DNA from: Stegostoma tigrinum
Lineage: Eukaryota
NCBI RefSeq assembly: GCF_030684315.1
Contig: NC_081370.1
Span: 45,712,728-45,776,727, forward strand
Length of the DNA: 64,000 bases
Direction: 5' to 3'
Every line of letters starts with the position of its first letter. The first letter of the stretch is position 1. A model generated the notes under the pieces. It saw nothing but the letters and a program-made list of their open reading frames with translations, was not told where the DNA came from and made no database searches. The position numbers were made by a program, and so were the translations under genes. This document shows positions 23,822-35,139 of this stretch, piece after piece.

Positions 23822-26800
23822 AGCTTTTGTGCTCCTGAGATGCTGCTTGGCCTGCTGTGTTCATCCAGCCTCACATTTTATCATTTTATTGCTTACCTGT
23901 TTTTCTCTTCTGAAGATGTCTTGGACTAATTCAGATTAGATGAGATTTAAACTTTTAAAATTGTGCTTACTTATAAGAATGGGGCATGTCTTGATTCTTA
24001 ACCTAACGCTAAATTGGGGTGATTTGATGGCTGTAATCCAGTTGTTGGTGCCCAGTCCAGTTCTTTGTGAAGCACTTTCAAAGTCCCATTGTGCTGTAGT
24101 AAATACACTTTTGTCACCTTGTTTTAGTGAATTATCTCAAAAAAGCTTATGAACATGAAGAAATGTATAACTTGAACATGATTATTTCGAAGTTTGGAAT
24201 ATGTAGTGAGTCGATCACTTGCAAAAATTAGTTTAAGAACTAGAATTCTCACTATTGTAATCTTATGATTATAATAAGTGCAAAATGTCTCTCCCTGATT
24301 GTTTAATCTTCTTTATAATGAGCTTTGCCAAGTGTTACATTTGTCTGTGGTTGTGACTATATGAAGAGCTCTTCTAAGAAAGGGAATTGAACAGATGCCT
24401 ACATTTCTTCAGTTCAAACCACAGAAAGAAAAGCTCTGTGACTTGTTTAATTCATTCATAGTTGAACATTTCTTGAAGATTTAGAGATTTAGATTTGTGT
24501 GTTTAGAGATTATCTTTTTATATTTAAGTATTTGAGTACCATATTTGTGGGCTAGAAAATGGCATGCTGGATCATTGGCTGCAAGTTGTAGCTTGAGGGC
24601 GTCTGATTATAAGTTATAGTAATTTATATTATAAAATTGTAACTAATGCTTAGTGCTCTTAGTTCATATTCAATAAGGTCATCATGTGATGAGTTCTTAA
24701 AAAAAAAACAAGTGGTTTCTAAAAGGCCGATAGTCATGTTAAAATAACTTGTTGGTGAAAGTGGAAACAGATAGGGTTGAATACTGCCACATTTGGAGGT
24801 AATGCAGGGAAATGTGGTTTATTTTTGCAGATGAGAAATATCCTGCAATAAAAAGCAATTTCACCATTAACATTGGTGGTAGTGATAGAACATACGTAAA
24901 TGTTATTTTACTTGAAGCCAAAACCTAGCAGCAGTGAGGACGAAACTCACTAGACTCTGCAGTGTTGTCTTGGTAAATTCATTGATATGTGGTTTCATTT
25001 TACAATGTGCCCTCAAGCCATAAATAATCTTTGTTACAGACAAATCGTATTTACCAAATTTAGTAACATTTCTGAATAAATAATAAATTTGACACCAAAA
25101 TCCCAGGCGTACATAAGGCTATCTAATATGATAAGAGCCCAAGGCTTAGTGTATTGGCATGGGTGAAGGAACAAACAACTATTCACTTAAAAAAAATTAC
25201 GTTTGTGTTCCTTCAACTAAATAAAGCCTTATAACAGTAAATTTTGACATTTTTTGACAGCTCTAATGAACTCGACAGTAATTACTTTATAAATATTTTA
25301 CACACATTTGTGCCTACATTTAACCATTCCAAAGGGCACCTGACCCCCACCAAAGGACATCTTACCTCTCGAGGGTGTTGTGGAACATGATACAAAAGGA
25401 TACCTTGAAACCTCCAAAGGGGTACACTGGCTAATTAAAGATATCTTTAAAATTTAAACCTTCTCTTACCCAGGTCTAATCTGCACACCCTGGTTTCATG
25501 TCTCTGAGCTGCCAAGAACCAAATTAAATGGAGGCAATTGATGATTTAAATACTTAACTGCATCCATGAGTCATGTATGTACAGATTCTGATTGGACTAC
25601 ATTCCCAGTCCTGCAAAAATAGGTAGTGCTGTGTTCAGGGCAAAAATCCAAGCCTTGGTTTTGGTCTTGCCTGTTGGTAAAACTTGTGTTTCTGAATCAG
25701 CAGATCTTGGGATCAATATCCATCCCAGAAAAAAAGGCTGATACCCACCATGTATTACTCAGGAAATGCTGGTTTGTTAAAGTTGATGTTTGATTGAGAT
25801 ATTAAACTGAAGACCCATCTACTATTTGAACACATGTATTTCATGGCCAGCAGTTTTCTGAGTGTCCTATCATTTATATATCCCTTGGGAATCATCATTA
25901 GAGGAGATTATCTGTGAAATCTAACTGTGCGCAATATATTTGTCACCTTTCCATCAATTACAGTAGTAACCACTAATTCAGAGAACTCAATTAAATGTGA
26001 AGTACTGTGACATATCTTGTGGCTTTAAGAGGCACTGTACAAATGAAATTCCTTTTTAAATTCATGCCATCATTTGTGTTGCTCTATGCTATGTAATGTT
26101 GACTGTTTGGGCTATTTACTGTGACCAAGAAACACCAAATACTAAGTCAGAATAAAGAGCCTTCAATCTCGTGTTCGTATGTTCACAGAGGGTAACTGGT
26201 GATCAGACAATTTGATGGTACATATTTACTGTTTTACCCTCTTTCTGCTATACGTACTTTTATATTTGATGATGTGACAATTCTACCGAACTATAAACAA
26301 GATAAGGAACAAAATAAACAAGGGATTTCAGCCTTGTGTGCTTGTGAATGGCCTTCTACCTGTGCTATACAACTGTCCCTTTGCCACCTTCCCCAGCTTC
26401 TCTATGGCCCTTTCTTCAGAAAGACTGAAGGGTCACAGCTTTGCCCCTTTCACAATCTGCATATTCTTTCTTGTATTACTTTTGAATGCAGATGATTTTG
26501 TACATGCCCACTGACGAGAGTGTGACTGTGCTTTTAGTGGTAGATAAACATGACGTGTGCTTGTCTATGAGACTTTGCTGAGTGAAAACTGTATTATGAA
26601 TGCTTCCTTAATTTAGTTTTTACGAGCTGTTACTGCAGATGTTTGAAATAGGAAGAGTTGTGTGGCAGCTGAGGTCCTGTCCGCTTGTTGGAGACCTAAG
26701 AAATCGTGTGACTTTTTTTTTTGAAGATGCTTCGTGAATTCTCCTAGCATGCAGCACATTTCCACAACTGACAGTACCAAAACAGTTTAATGAGATTGTT

Positions 26801-28818
26801 ATCAGTGAGTTTACAAATTCTTATCTTGTAGTGCATTTTGGGACATTCTTAAAAAAATCAGTCTAGAGAAAAATAGCTCTGGCACTTGATAAACAACAGA
26901 AGGAGGGACTAACTACCATCATTAATCAGTTCAATTTGCTCTCACATTCTCTCATAATTATTTGCACAACACATTGGTACTATAAAGAAGTTGCTTGATC
27001 ACTTACCTGGTAACAGATGTGTTGTTGAGGATATTATTTGCCATTCCAGGGTGCCAGTTGTCACCTTAACAAATATATAAATCATGCAGTCGATGAAAAA
27101 GATACTGGAGGTGGTTTTTCATGGAAGATTTTAAAAAGCTCTACAGCAGTTTGTATGGTGTTGGTGGTAGACGTCAAAACAATTGATAACAACAATGTTT
27201 CCTGTTACAAAACCACCAGGTTTTGCATAAACCATTCACATTGCCTATGTAAACATTTTCTGCTGGTTCATTTGAGATTCCCTAGAGGTCAGATTTGCAG
27301 AAGTTGGGGTTTTTCTCTGTTACAGATTTGAACTGTTATTTTTTAAAATGCTAGACAGCATGCTTTGCGATGCAACATCCTGGTTTTGTTGTTAAAAAGC
27401 ATTCAAAGTTTCAGAAACACATCAGTTTAGTATTTTATGTTCTACTTTACCAATTTCTCAGTTGAAATGCTAGATTTTTTTAAGCAATTCAATTTCATTG
27501 TCTTTACCGATAAATCACAATTATATCAGCAAATAACAAAGAATTGGGAGCCAGTAATTCTCAATGTAAGTTCAATTGGAATCAATTTCAGCAATCCTGT
27601 TTAATATTTTTGGCTACTTCGCTTTATAAGTTGCATTCTCGCAAACTGATACAACAAATGCAAAACCAAACTTCAAATTAAAGAAAATGCCCAAGACATT
27701 TGATAGCACCACTGTAATTCAGACATAAAGTGGGTACTTCAGCATCTAATATGTGACAATGATCAGGCACTTGTATTAGCTGAGACAGCCCTGGCTATGA
27801 CCAGGTAAAAAGTTGAACGTGGATTGCAATCACGGTGAGAGCACGAAAAAGATAAGTGAAAAGAAATGTGGTCAAGTGATTGGAGAAGACTGAAAGGAAA
27901 TGGGGACAGGAGTATTTTGATCAGTGAGTTTGGAGGTATCAGCAGGGAGTTAGAGATCTAGATTTTTTTTTCCCTTGGTAATCCTAGTAATTTAATTGTT
28001 TCCTCCCCCTCCAGCATTACTGTCATGTCCTATAAGGTTAAGTTACTGGGTTGAGCTATGCCCTGTTTCCATTGATGGAGAAGGTATAACTTTCAGAGCC
28101 AAGCAAGGAACAGGATCTTCCTCATTTTGTTCACTGCCTTCACCAGGATCTCTAAAGTGTTAGCAGACAACCTGGTGGCCTGTCTGGACTACTTAGAGAG
28201 TTGTTTTCAAAGGGTTAATTTGGTTCTTTCACCTGTCCTTGAATGTCTGAAATATGCAGTTTCCTGACAAAAACTTGTGAACTCCATGTATTTGCAATTT
28301 TGTAGTCACTCTTTCCTCACTCAATCATAGGGCATGCTTTTGAAGTCTGTGCAGACAGAATTCATAATGAGCCATAGATTTTTATTTTATTTTGATTTAA
28401 AGTTTATTTGTTATATTTCAGTCTTTTAAAAATAAATTCCATGTATATGTTACTATCTTTGTTTCCCTGCGTGTAAAATGATTAACAAATGATGGGCAAT
28501 TGGAATGTTTAACTTCTTGGTGTGCCATCAGTGAAAATTCTTTATTATGGTTCACTGCTTAGCCTGTTGATTGACAGAACTGGAGATATCCTTCATTTAT
28601 GACAGATCCAATTTAACTTTGAAAGACATGAAATATTCACCACAGAGGTCGCTAGATCTTTGTGGACTACTTCCTTTGAAGTAAATAATGAGTGAGCCCG
28701 TGCACCTCACCATTGACCAAATGGGCCCATTTGTTTTATTGTAGCTATCCTATGCCTGTTTTGTATTCTAGATGAAATATCTACACTAGAGATGTGAGCA
28801 GTGTTGAGATCACAAATT

Positions 28819-28921
28819 ATGGAGGAAGGAGGAATAGCCTTTGATGCTTTGGAAAGATTTTGCAGCAGTCATGAACAAACATATGCTGAATTCTTGGAAT
28901 CATTTATGCACCTCAGAAAAG
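28819..28921 (+). CDS. IFTAP: NWC/IFTAP (C11orf74) first coding exon
   Basis: Acceptor ttgtattctag| at 28771. Encodes MEEGGIAFDALERFCSSHEQTYAEFLESFMHLRK, resembling the mammalian [24 protein letters not shown] motif. Donor G|gtaagc, phase 1. Confidence 0.9.
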
Positions 28922-30828
28922 GTAAGCTTTGTCAGAAGATGAGTCATAAGTAATAGATAAAAACAAGCAAAGTGTAGAGGAGTCAAGTCCGCTCAATACA
29001 CAAGTTGCAATTCCAGTGCAAACTATGTCCAAAGTTTTGCATGATTAAGAAAGTGTCCCTCACCCTGAGTTTCTGCTCAAATCAATTTGCATATTGCTTG
29101 CATAGATTCTGCAATGAAGTGGCATAATTAGGTAGCAAATTAAAATGTAAGTTTATAATAACACGCTTTAAAAATTATTCTTTGATTTTTTTTCAAAAAT
29201 TGAGATTTGATAAGTTTAAATATTGCTTAAAATAGGTCATCACAAAACAAACGTAAATCACAGCATCAATTCCCTACTTGTGACTAACCTGATTTTAAAC
29301 AACCTGAAAAAGACTTGTCGAATATATACCAAGTTATTTACTAAATAAATTGGGTTACAATAGTTAGATCTGTCATCTCTGGTAGACGGATGGATGACTA
29401 GACAGATCCTTTTGCAAACTGAAAACAAAATCAAAGTCTTTCAAAAGGTAAGAAAGATTCAACTTAACTTTTGGAACTCTTGGGGCTCAAAGTGAGCAAA
29501 GTTAGCAGAAATTCCCAACGGTGATCTTTTCGCTCCAGGAGGATGGAGTACATTGTGAACTGGACCTGTTTCAAGAACAATGTTTTGAATACTAGGCAAA
29601 AGATTATTTGAATTCAAATTGCACTGTGTGGACTTTGCACTTAAAATCTTTTGTGCTGGTTGAACTGATACTAGGGGAATTATGGTGAAGAAATCAACAC
29701 AATGGAGCAGAACCTCTGTAGTTTGTCTAACTACAGGATTAGTAGTCCAGAAATCCAGGATAACACTGGGGAAATGGGATCAAATCTGCTGGAATTTAAA
29801 ATTGAACTCTTGAAAAATATCTTGAATTGAAACCGGTCTAAGTTTCATAATCACCATTACTATCATCAATTATCATATGTCAAACGGCTAATGTCCTTTT
29901 GGGAAAGAAAGTCTGCTCTCATTGCCTGGTTTGGTCGACATATGACTGCAGACCCACAGTAATGTGATTGACTCTTAATTACTCTCTGAAGTGACTCAGC
30001 AAGATACTTAGTTCAAGGTGAGCAACAAACCTTGCCAACAATAATCTCGTCCCATCGAAGGATAATTAAACAAAAACTTCTGCAGGTGAAGGAAACTTGA
30101 CTTCATAGGTGACAAAGCTCATCAGGCATCTGAATAAAATAGCTAATTCCATCCACTAGCAACATTAGGTACTGTTTTGAGAAAGAAATCTATTTCCTGT
30201 GACATTATACACATGGAATCATGAACAAAATAATCTTCAGGTGAACTGTAGTTCAGCTGCAGCGATAATCGAACTGGAAAAAATAAAAACAGGAATTGCT
30301 GGAAATGCTCAGGAACTGCAACATCTGTTAAGAGATCTATACAGTTGTGCTCAATGACCTTTCACTAGGAAGGTGCTTTTATTTCAGTTTCCCAACACAG
30401 AATTTTAATTTGCAGACTTTTGTTCAATTACGTACTTTAATCCTTTTGTTTAAAGCTGTAAATTCATTCCCTATTTTATTAAAATATTGAAGTAACGTTA
30501 TAGTAAATAGTAAGAATGGCTGCAACTTGAAAAGTAATGGTTTGGGTATAGGCATCTTCCTGCAACCCAAATGAGTGGTTGGGAAACTCATTATTGAAAC
30601 TGTGAAATGTAATTAAAGTGACAAATATAAATATAGTTTCCTTCAATTATGGGATTTTTGAAATTCAGTTGGCAGAAAAATGCATCAAAAATGAGACGGC
30701 AGGAAGGATTGTTTTGTACAGAGGTAGTGCATGGAAATGTAAGATTTTAAATTTACATTAACAGTGATGAGCTTTAATGTGAAAATTAAGATAATTGAAC
30801 TGTTTAGATCACATCAACATCATGTTCT

Positions 30829-31038
30829 AGTGATTGTAGTGAGGTCAGCCAGGGGGACCTCATAGAATATGATTGGGGCTGTTAACCTGGTCCAACTGGG
30901 AGGCCTGGCTGACTGACACTCTTGTTTATATTTGATATTCAGGTTGCTCTGAGGAAGCCAGACTAGTGTCAAGTACAATGCACATGTAAATAAAGGGTGA
31001 CTTGGTGACAAGGTGCTGACCCCTGTGGACCCATTTCA
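30829..31038 (+). mobile_element. Solo-LTR-like repeat (second copy on the minus strand at about 2815-3050)
   Basis: Two diverged copies in the window. It contains aataaagggtgacttggtgaca and ends in ..tttca. Confidence 0.5.
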
Positions 31039-31344
31039 CACGTATTATTAGGAAGTTTATAACTTGACAATTTGTAAAAAAGTTAAAGTTCTGCAAGTGG
31101 TTTATTTATGTGACCTTGTACTGTTATGATTGGTAAGAGAGAGCCTCATGCTAAAATAAAAGGACTTTGTATTTGTGGTTACCTCTAGAATCTATTTATA
31201 AATGATTACAGTACTTGTCCTACATTGCACATCAATTTTCAGCATTCCTCAAGTATTTTCTGACAGTTACAGCTTAAGCTTGAATGCACCTGCTGTTTGA
31301 AATGTGTTTGCTTTATATTAGCTCACGTTGCAGATTTTGATTTA

Positions 31345-34000
31345 AAGTCATAGAGTCTGTTTCCATGCTGTATGGCTCTTAGGTCTAACCAATCTATGCT
31401 GACTATTTCCCAGGGCAGAAATGGCTAGCACGAGGGGTCATAGTTTTAAGCTGGTTGGTGGAAAGTATAGAGGGGATGTCAGAGGCAGGTTCTTTACGCA
31501 GAGAGTTGTGAGAGCATGGAATGCGTTGCCAGCAGCAGTTGTGGAAGCAAGGTCATTGGGGTCATTTAAGAGACTGCTGGACATGCATATGGTCACAGAA
31601 ATTTGAGGGTGCATCCATGAGGATCAATGGTCGGCACAACATTGTGGGCTGAAGGGCCTGTTCTGTGCTGTACTGTTCTATGTTCTATGTTCTATGACCA
31701 TAATCCCAAACTAAATTAGTCCCACCTGCCTGCGCTAGGCCCATATCCCTTCAAATATTTCTTATTCATGTACTTATCTAAGTGTCTTTTAAATGTTATA
31801 TCTGTACCTGTGTCTACCACTACCTCTGGAAGTTCATTCCTCACATAAACCACTCAGTGTTTTTTAAAAAATAAATCACCCCTCACATCTTTCTTTAAAC
31901 CTTTCTCCTCTCACCTTAAAAATATGCCCCATGATCTTGAAATCCTCAATCCTAGGGAGGAGACACCTGCCATTCACCTTATTTATACCTCCCATGATTT
32001 TATAAACATCTATGAAGTCACTCCTCAACATCCTACACTGCAATGAATAAGGTCCCAGCCTATCCAGCCTCTCCTTATAACTCAAACGCTTCATTCCTGG
32101 CAACAGCCTGGTAAATCTCTTCTGAATGCTCACCGGCTTAATAATATCTTTCCTATAATAACAGGATGACTAGAACTGGACACAATATGCCAGAAGTTTG
32201 AAAAACAACCTTCCACCATCACGGTCTGTCTCTTGTCATTAAGCCAATTTTGTAACCAGTTAGCAAGCTCATCCTGAATCCCATGTGATCTAGCTTTACT
32301 AATTAGTCTATCATGTGGAACCTTGTCAAATGTTTTACTAAAGTCCAAATAAGCAATGTCTATTGCTGCACCCTCATCAGTCTTCTTGGTTACTTCCTTA
32401 AAAAACTCAAATCAAGTTTGAGACATGATTTTCCTCTCACAAAACCATGCTGACTATCCTTAATCATTTCTTGCCTCTCCAAATGCATCTAAATCCTATC
32501 TTTCAGAATCACTTCAAACACCTTACCCACCACTGAAGTCAGACTTACAGGCCTGTTGTTCCCAGGCTTCTCCTTACAACCCTTCTTAAACAAATGGACA
32601 ACATTAGCCTCTTTCCAGTCATCTGGTACCATATAATTGTTATAATTGATACAGATATTTCCGCAAGAGGCCCCGTACTTTCCTCCCTAACTTCCCACAA
32701 TGTCTTGGGATACATTAGATCAAGTCCTAGAGATTTACCCACGTTTATATTTCTCAGACCTCCAGGACTCGCTCTTCTACAAGTGAACTGTTTTCAAAAC
32801 ATCAATATTTATTTCCATGAGTCCTCGAGCCTCCATTTCTTTCTCCACAGCTTTTTAAAAAAGTGCAAAATATTCATTTAGTTTCTCTGCCATGTCCTAA
32901 GGCCCAATGCCTCTTTGATCTTTAAGGGACCCTACTCTGTCTCCAGTTGCTCGTAATGTACTTGTAGAATCTGTTTAGATTAACCTTTGCCTTATTTGTC
33001 CTGGCTATCTTGTATGCTGTCGTCGCTTTCCTGATCTCCCTGTTAAGAATGTCCTCACACTGCTTATGCTGTTCGAGATTCAAGTGAACCCAGTTGTCTG
33101 TATCTAATATACAATACTTCTTTTATTCTTGACCAGAACCTCAATATCTTTATTTGTCCATTGTTCTCTAATCCAACCAGCCTTACCTTTCACTCCAACT
33201 GGGACATAATGACTCTGAACTTTTGATTTCACACTTTTGAAATCCTCTGGCTTATCCAATGTCCCTTTGCCTGCAAACAGTCGACTTCAGTCACATTTTG
33301 AAAGTTCTTGTCTTATGCAGTTAGAGTTTGCCTTACTCCAATTAAAATCTTTAATTTTTATGGAAGGCTTATCCTTTTCCATAACTATTTTAAAACAAAT
33401 AGAATTATGATCATGAGACTCAAAGCGTTCCGCTCTTATCACTTCAGTCACTTGCCCTGTCTTATTACCTAAGAGAATGTCAAGTTTTGCTCCTTCTTTA
33501 GTGGGATCAATTACATACTGATAAAGAGAATTAACTTGAACACATTTAACAAATTCTTCACCTTTCAAACCTTTAACACAATGGTAGTTCCAGTCAATGT
33601 TTGGAAAATTAAAACACCTCCTGTTCACAACTTCATAATTCTTACCTATTTCTGAGATCCTTGTCTCTACATGTTTGTTCCTCAATTTCCTTCTGACTGC
33701 TGGTGTGTGTATAATACAATTCCAGCAATGTGATCATTCCTTTTTTTAATTTCTAACTTCAATCCATATATTTTCACTGGACAATTTTTCAGAAATATCT
33801 TCTCTAGTTCCAGCAGTAATGTATTTCTTCCTCAAAAACACCACTCCACCTCCTCTTTTCCCTCTCTTCTATCCTTTCTATAGCATCTGAAACCTGGAAC
33901 ATTGAGTTGCCAATCCTATCCATCATCTGTGAGCCAGGTTTCTGTAATAGCTATGGCGTCCTAATCCCATGTTCCCAAACATGCCCCGAGTTCATCAGCC
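31345..34000 (-). mobile_element. Decayed CR1 LINE (endonuclease to 3' end) with a younger plus-strand CR1 3' end nested at about 31405-31695
   Basis: FNFPNIDW..QYV..PT.EGA.LD (33287-33685), DFSKTFDKVPHDRL (32130-32348) and QKRFTRLLPG. The nested copy reads TRGHSFKL..FFTQRVVRAWNALP with a (gttctat)n tail. Confidence 0.88.
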
Positions 34001-34153
34001 TTACCTCTAAGACCCGGGACATCTGGTCCTTTTCTCTTCATGCTTTACGTGGTGCTAGGTGTAAACTAGTACCCAGTTTTATGGAACTAGCTTGAAAATG
34101 AGTAATATTAAAGGCTCCTTTGTTGCATCTAGTGAGCTTTCATTCTTTTTCAG

Positions 34154-34287
34154 AGGACTTGAAGAAACAAAAGACATCATCTCCTGATGGTGACAGCATA
34201 GCAGATGATGAATACAAACTAACTCAGAGGGTGTTGTTGGAAAATTCAGTCCAGATTGAAGGAGAGCTGCCCAAGGATGGCAAGAAG
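34154..34287 (+). CDS. IFTAP: NWC/IFTAP coding exon 2
   Basis: Acceptor tcattctttttcag|, phase-1 compatible, open frame (E)DLKKQKTSSPDGDSIADDEYKLTQRVLLENSVQIEGELPKDGKK. The 3' end is inferred at a GC donor AAG|gcaagt (phase 0) and is uncertain. Confidence 0.65.
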
Positions 34288-35139
34288 GCAAGTTATAAAT
34301 TAGAAGTAGATTGAATTTATGTTTGGATTCAATATAGTTGTAACTTGGTAAATTCTTTTTTAAATGCAGAGGGGCATACACAAGAACTGCATGAGGAGAT
34401 TGAAACTGAAAGTGGGGGCTTTTTAAAGTGCATTTACTGTTTTATATTGATATTCATAATTGATATACATTTGCCAAAAAGTTGTTCAGTTCGTAATTGT
34501 TCAGCATACTTTAAGATAAGCAAGACTACAGTCATGCAAAGAAATTTGAAAAGTTTACAAAGTGCCTCAATTTTGGGCTGTTCACATTTTGTTTTTCTGC
34601 CTAGCAAAGTTATACCAGTATAATGGCAAATGACAGAGTAGTTTTAAGAGATGTTTGAGTACTATTGATTAAGCACTCAGTGCTGATGACCGCATTTAAA
34701 GACTGATTTTAGAGGAATACTGACACCCTAATAGCAGATTTCACTTTAACGTGGAATTATTTTGAAATTGGGTTAACAATTACATCTCCACAGACAATTT
34801 AGCTTCATCATATTGTCTGTCTCAGTAATTACTTAAAGCTAGCATATTAGCGGAGTTTGTGGCACGGTGGTCGTGACCTATCTCTGAACGAGGTGGCTTC
34901 GTGTTAAGTCCTAAGTGTTCCCTAAAAGTCTGTTGGAACAGGTTGGTTAGTGTTTGACTTCCTTCTTGCCTGAACAGGAAAGATTTTAAAAAATGTTAGA
35001 TCTGTATTTATCTGGACCTCAGGATGTTCTAAACTGCTTTAGAGCTAATGAAGTTTTCAATTTGCAGAATGGCCACTTGAAGCTAATGTGACATTTGTAA
35101 AATATATGACCAGTGTCTGTCAGCCAGTCTATTCAAAAA

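Larger units (their letters stand above)
22401..23879. mobile_element. Palindromic Penelope-like retroelement (two inverted 3' halves: GIY-YIG C-terminus plus pseudo-LTR)
   Basis: Arms of about 680 bp are nearly identical in inverted orientation. Both encode RRLGDRFAEHLRSV..PVANHF..RRLQEQQLIFRLG.LQPYGIN. 15-bp TSD atcattttattgctt at 22386-22400 and 23880-23894. Confidence 0.92.

Noticed and set aside
22672-23838. Long mirror-image ORFs (200-294 aa) as novel genes
   Set aside because: They are a by-product of the GC-rich palindrome. Only the GIY-YIG fragment frame is meaningful, and it is truncated.
24930-24955. gtgaggacgaaactcac as a hammerhead
   Set aside because: It lacks the CUGANGA box.
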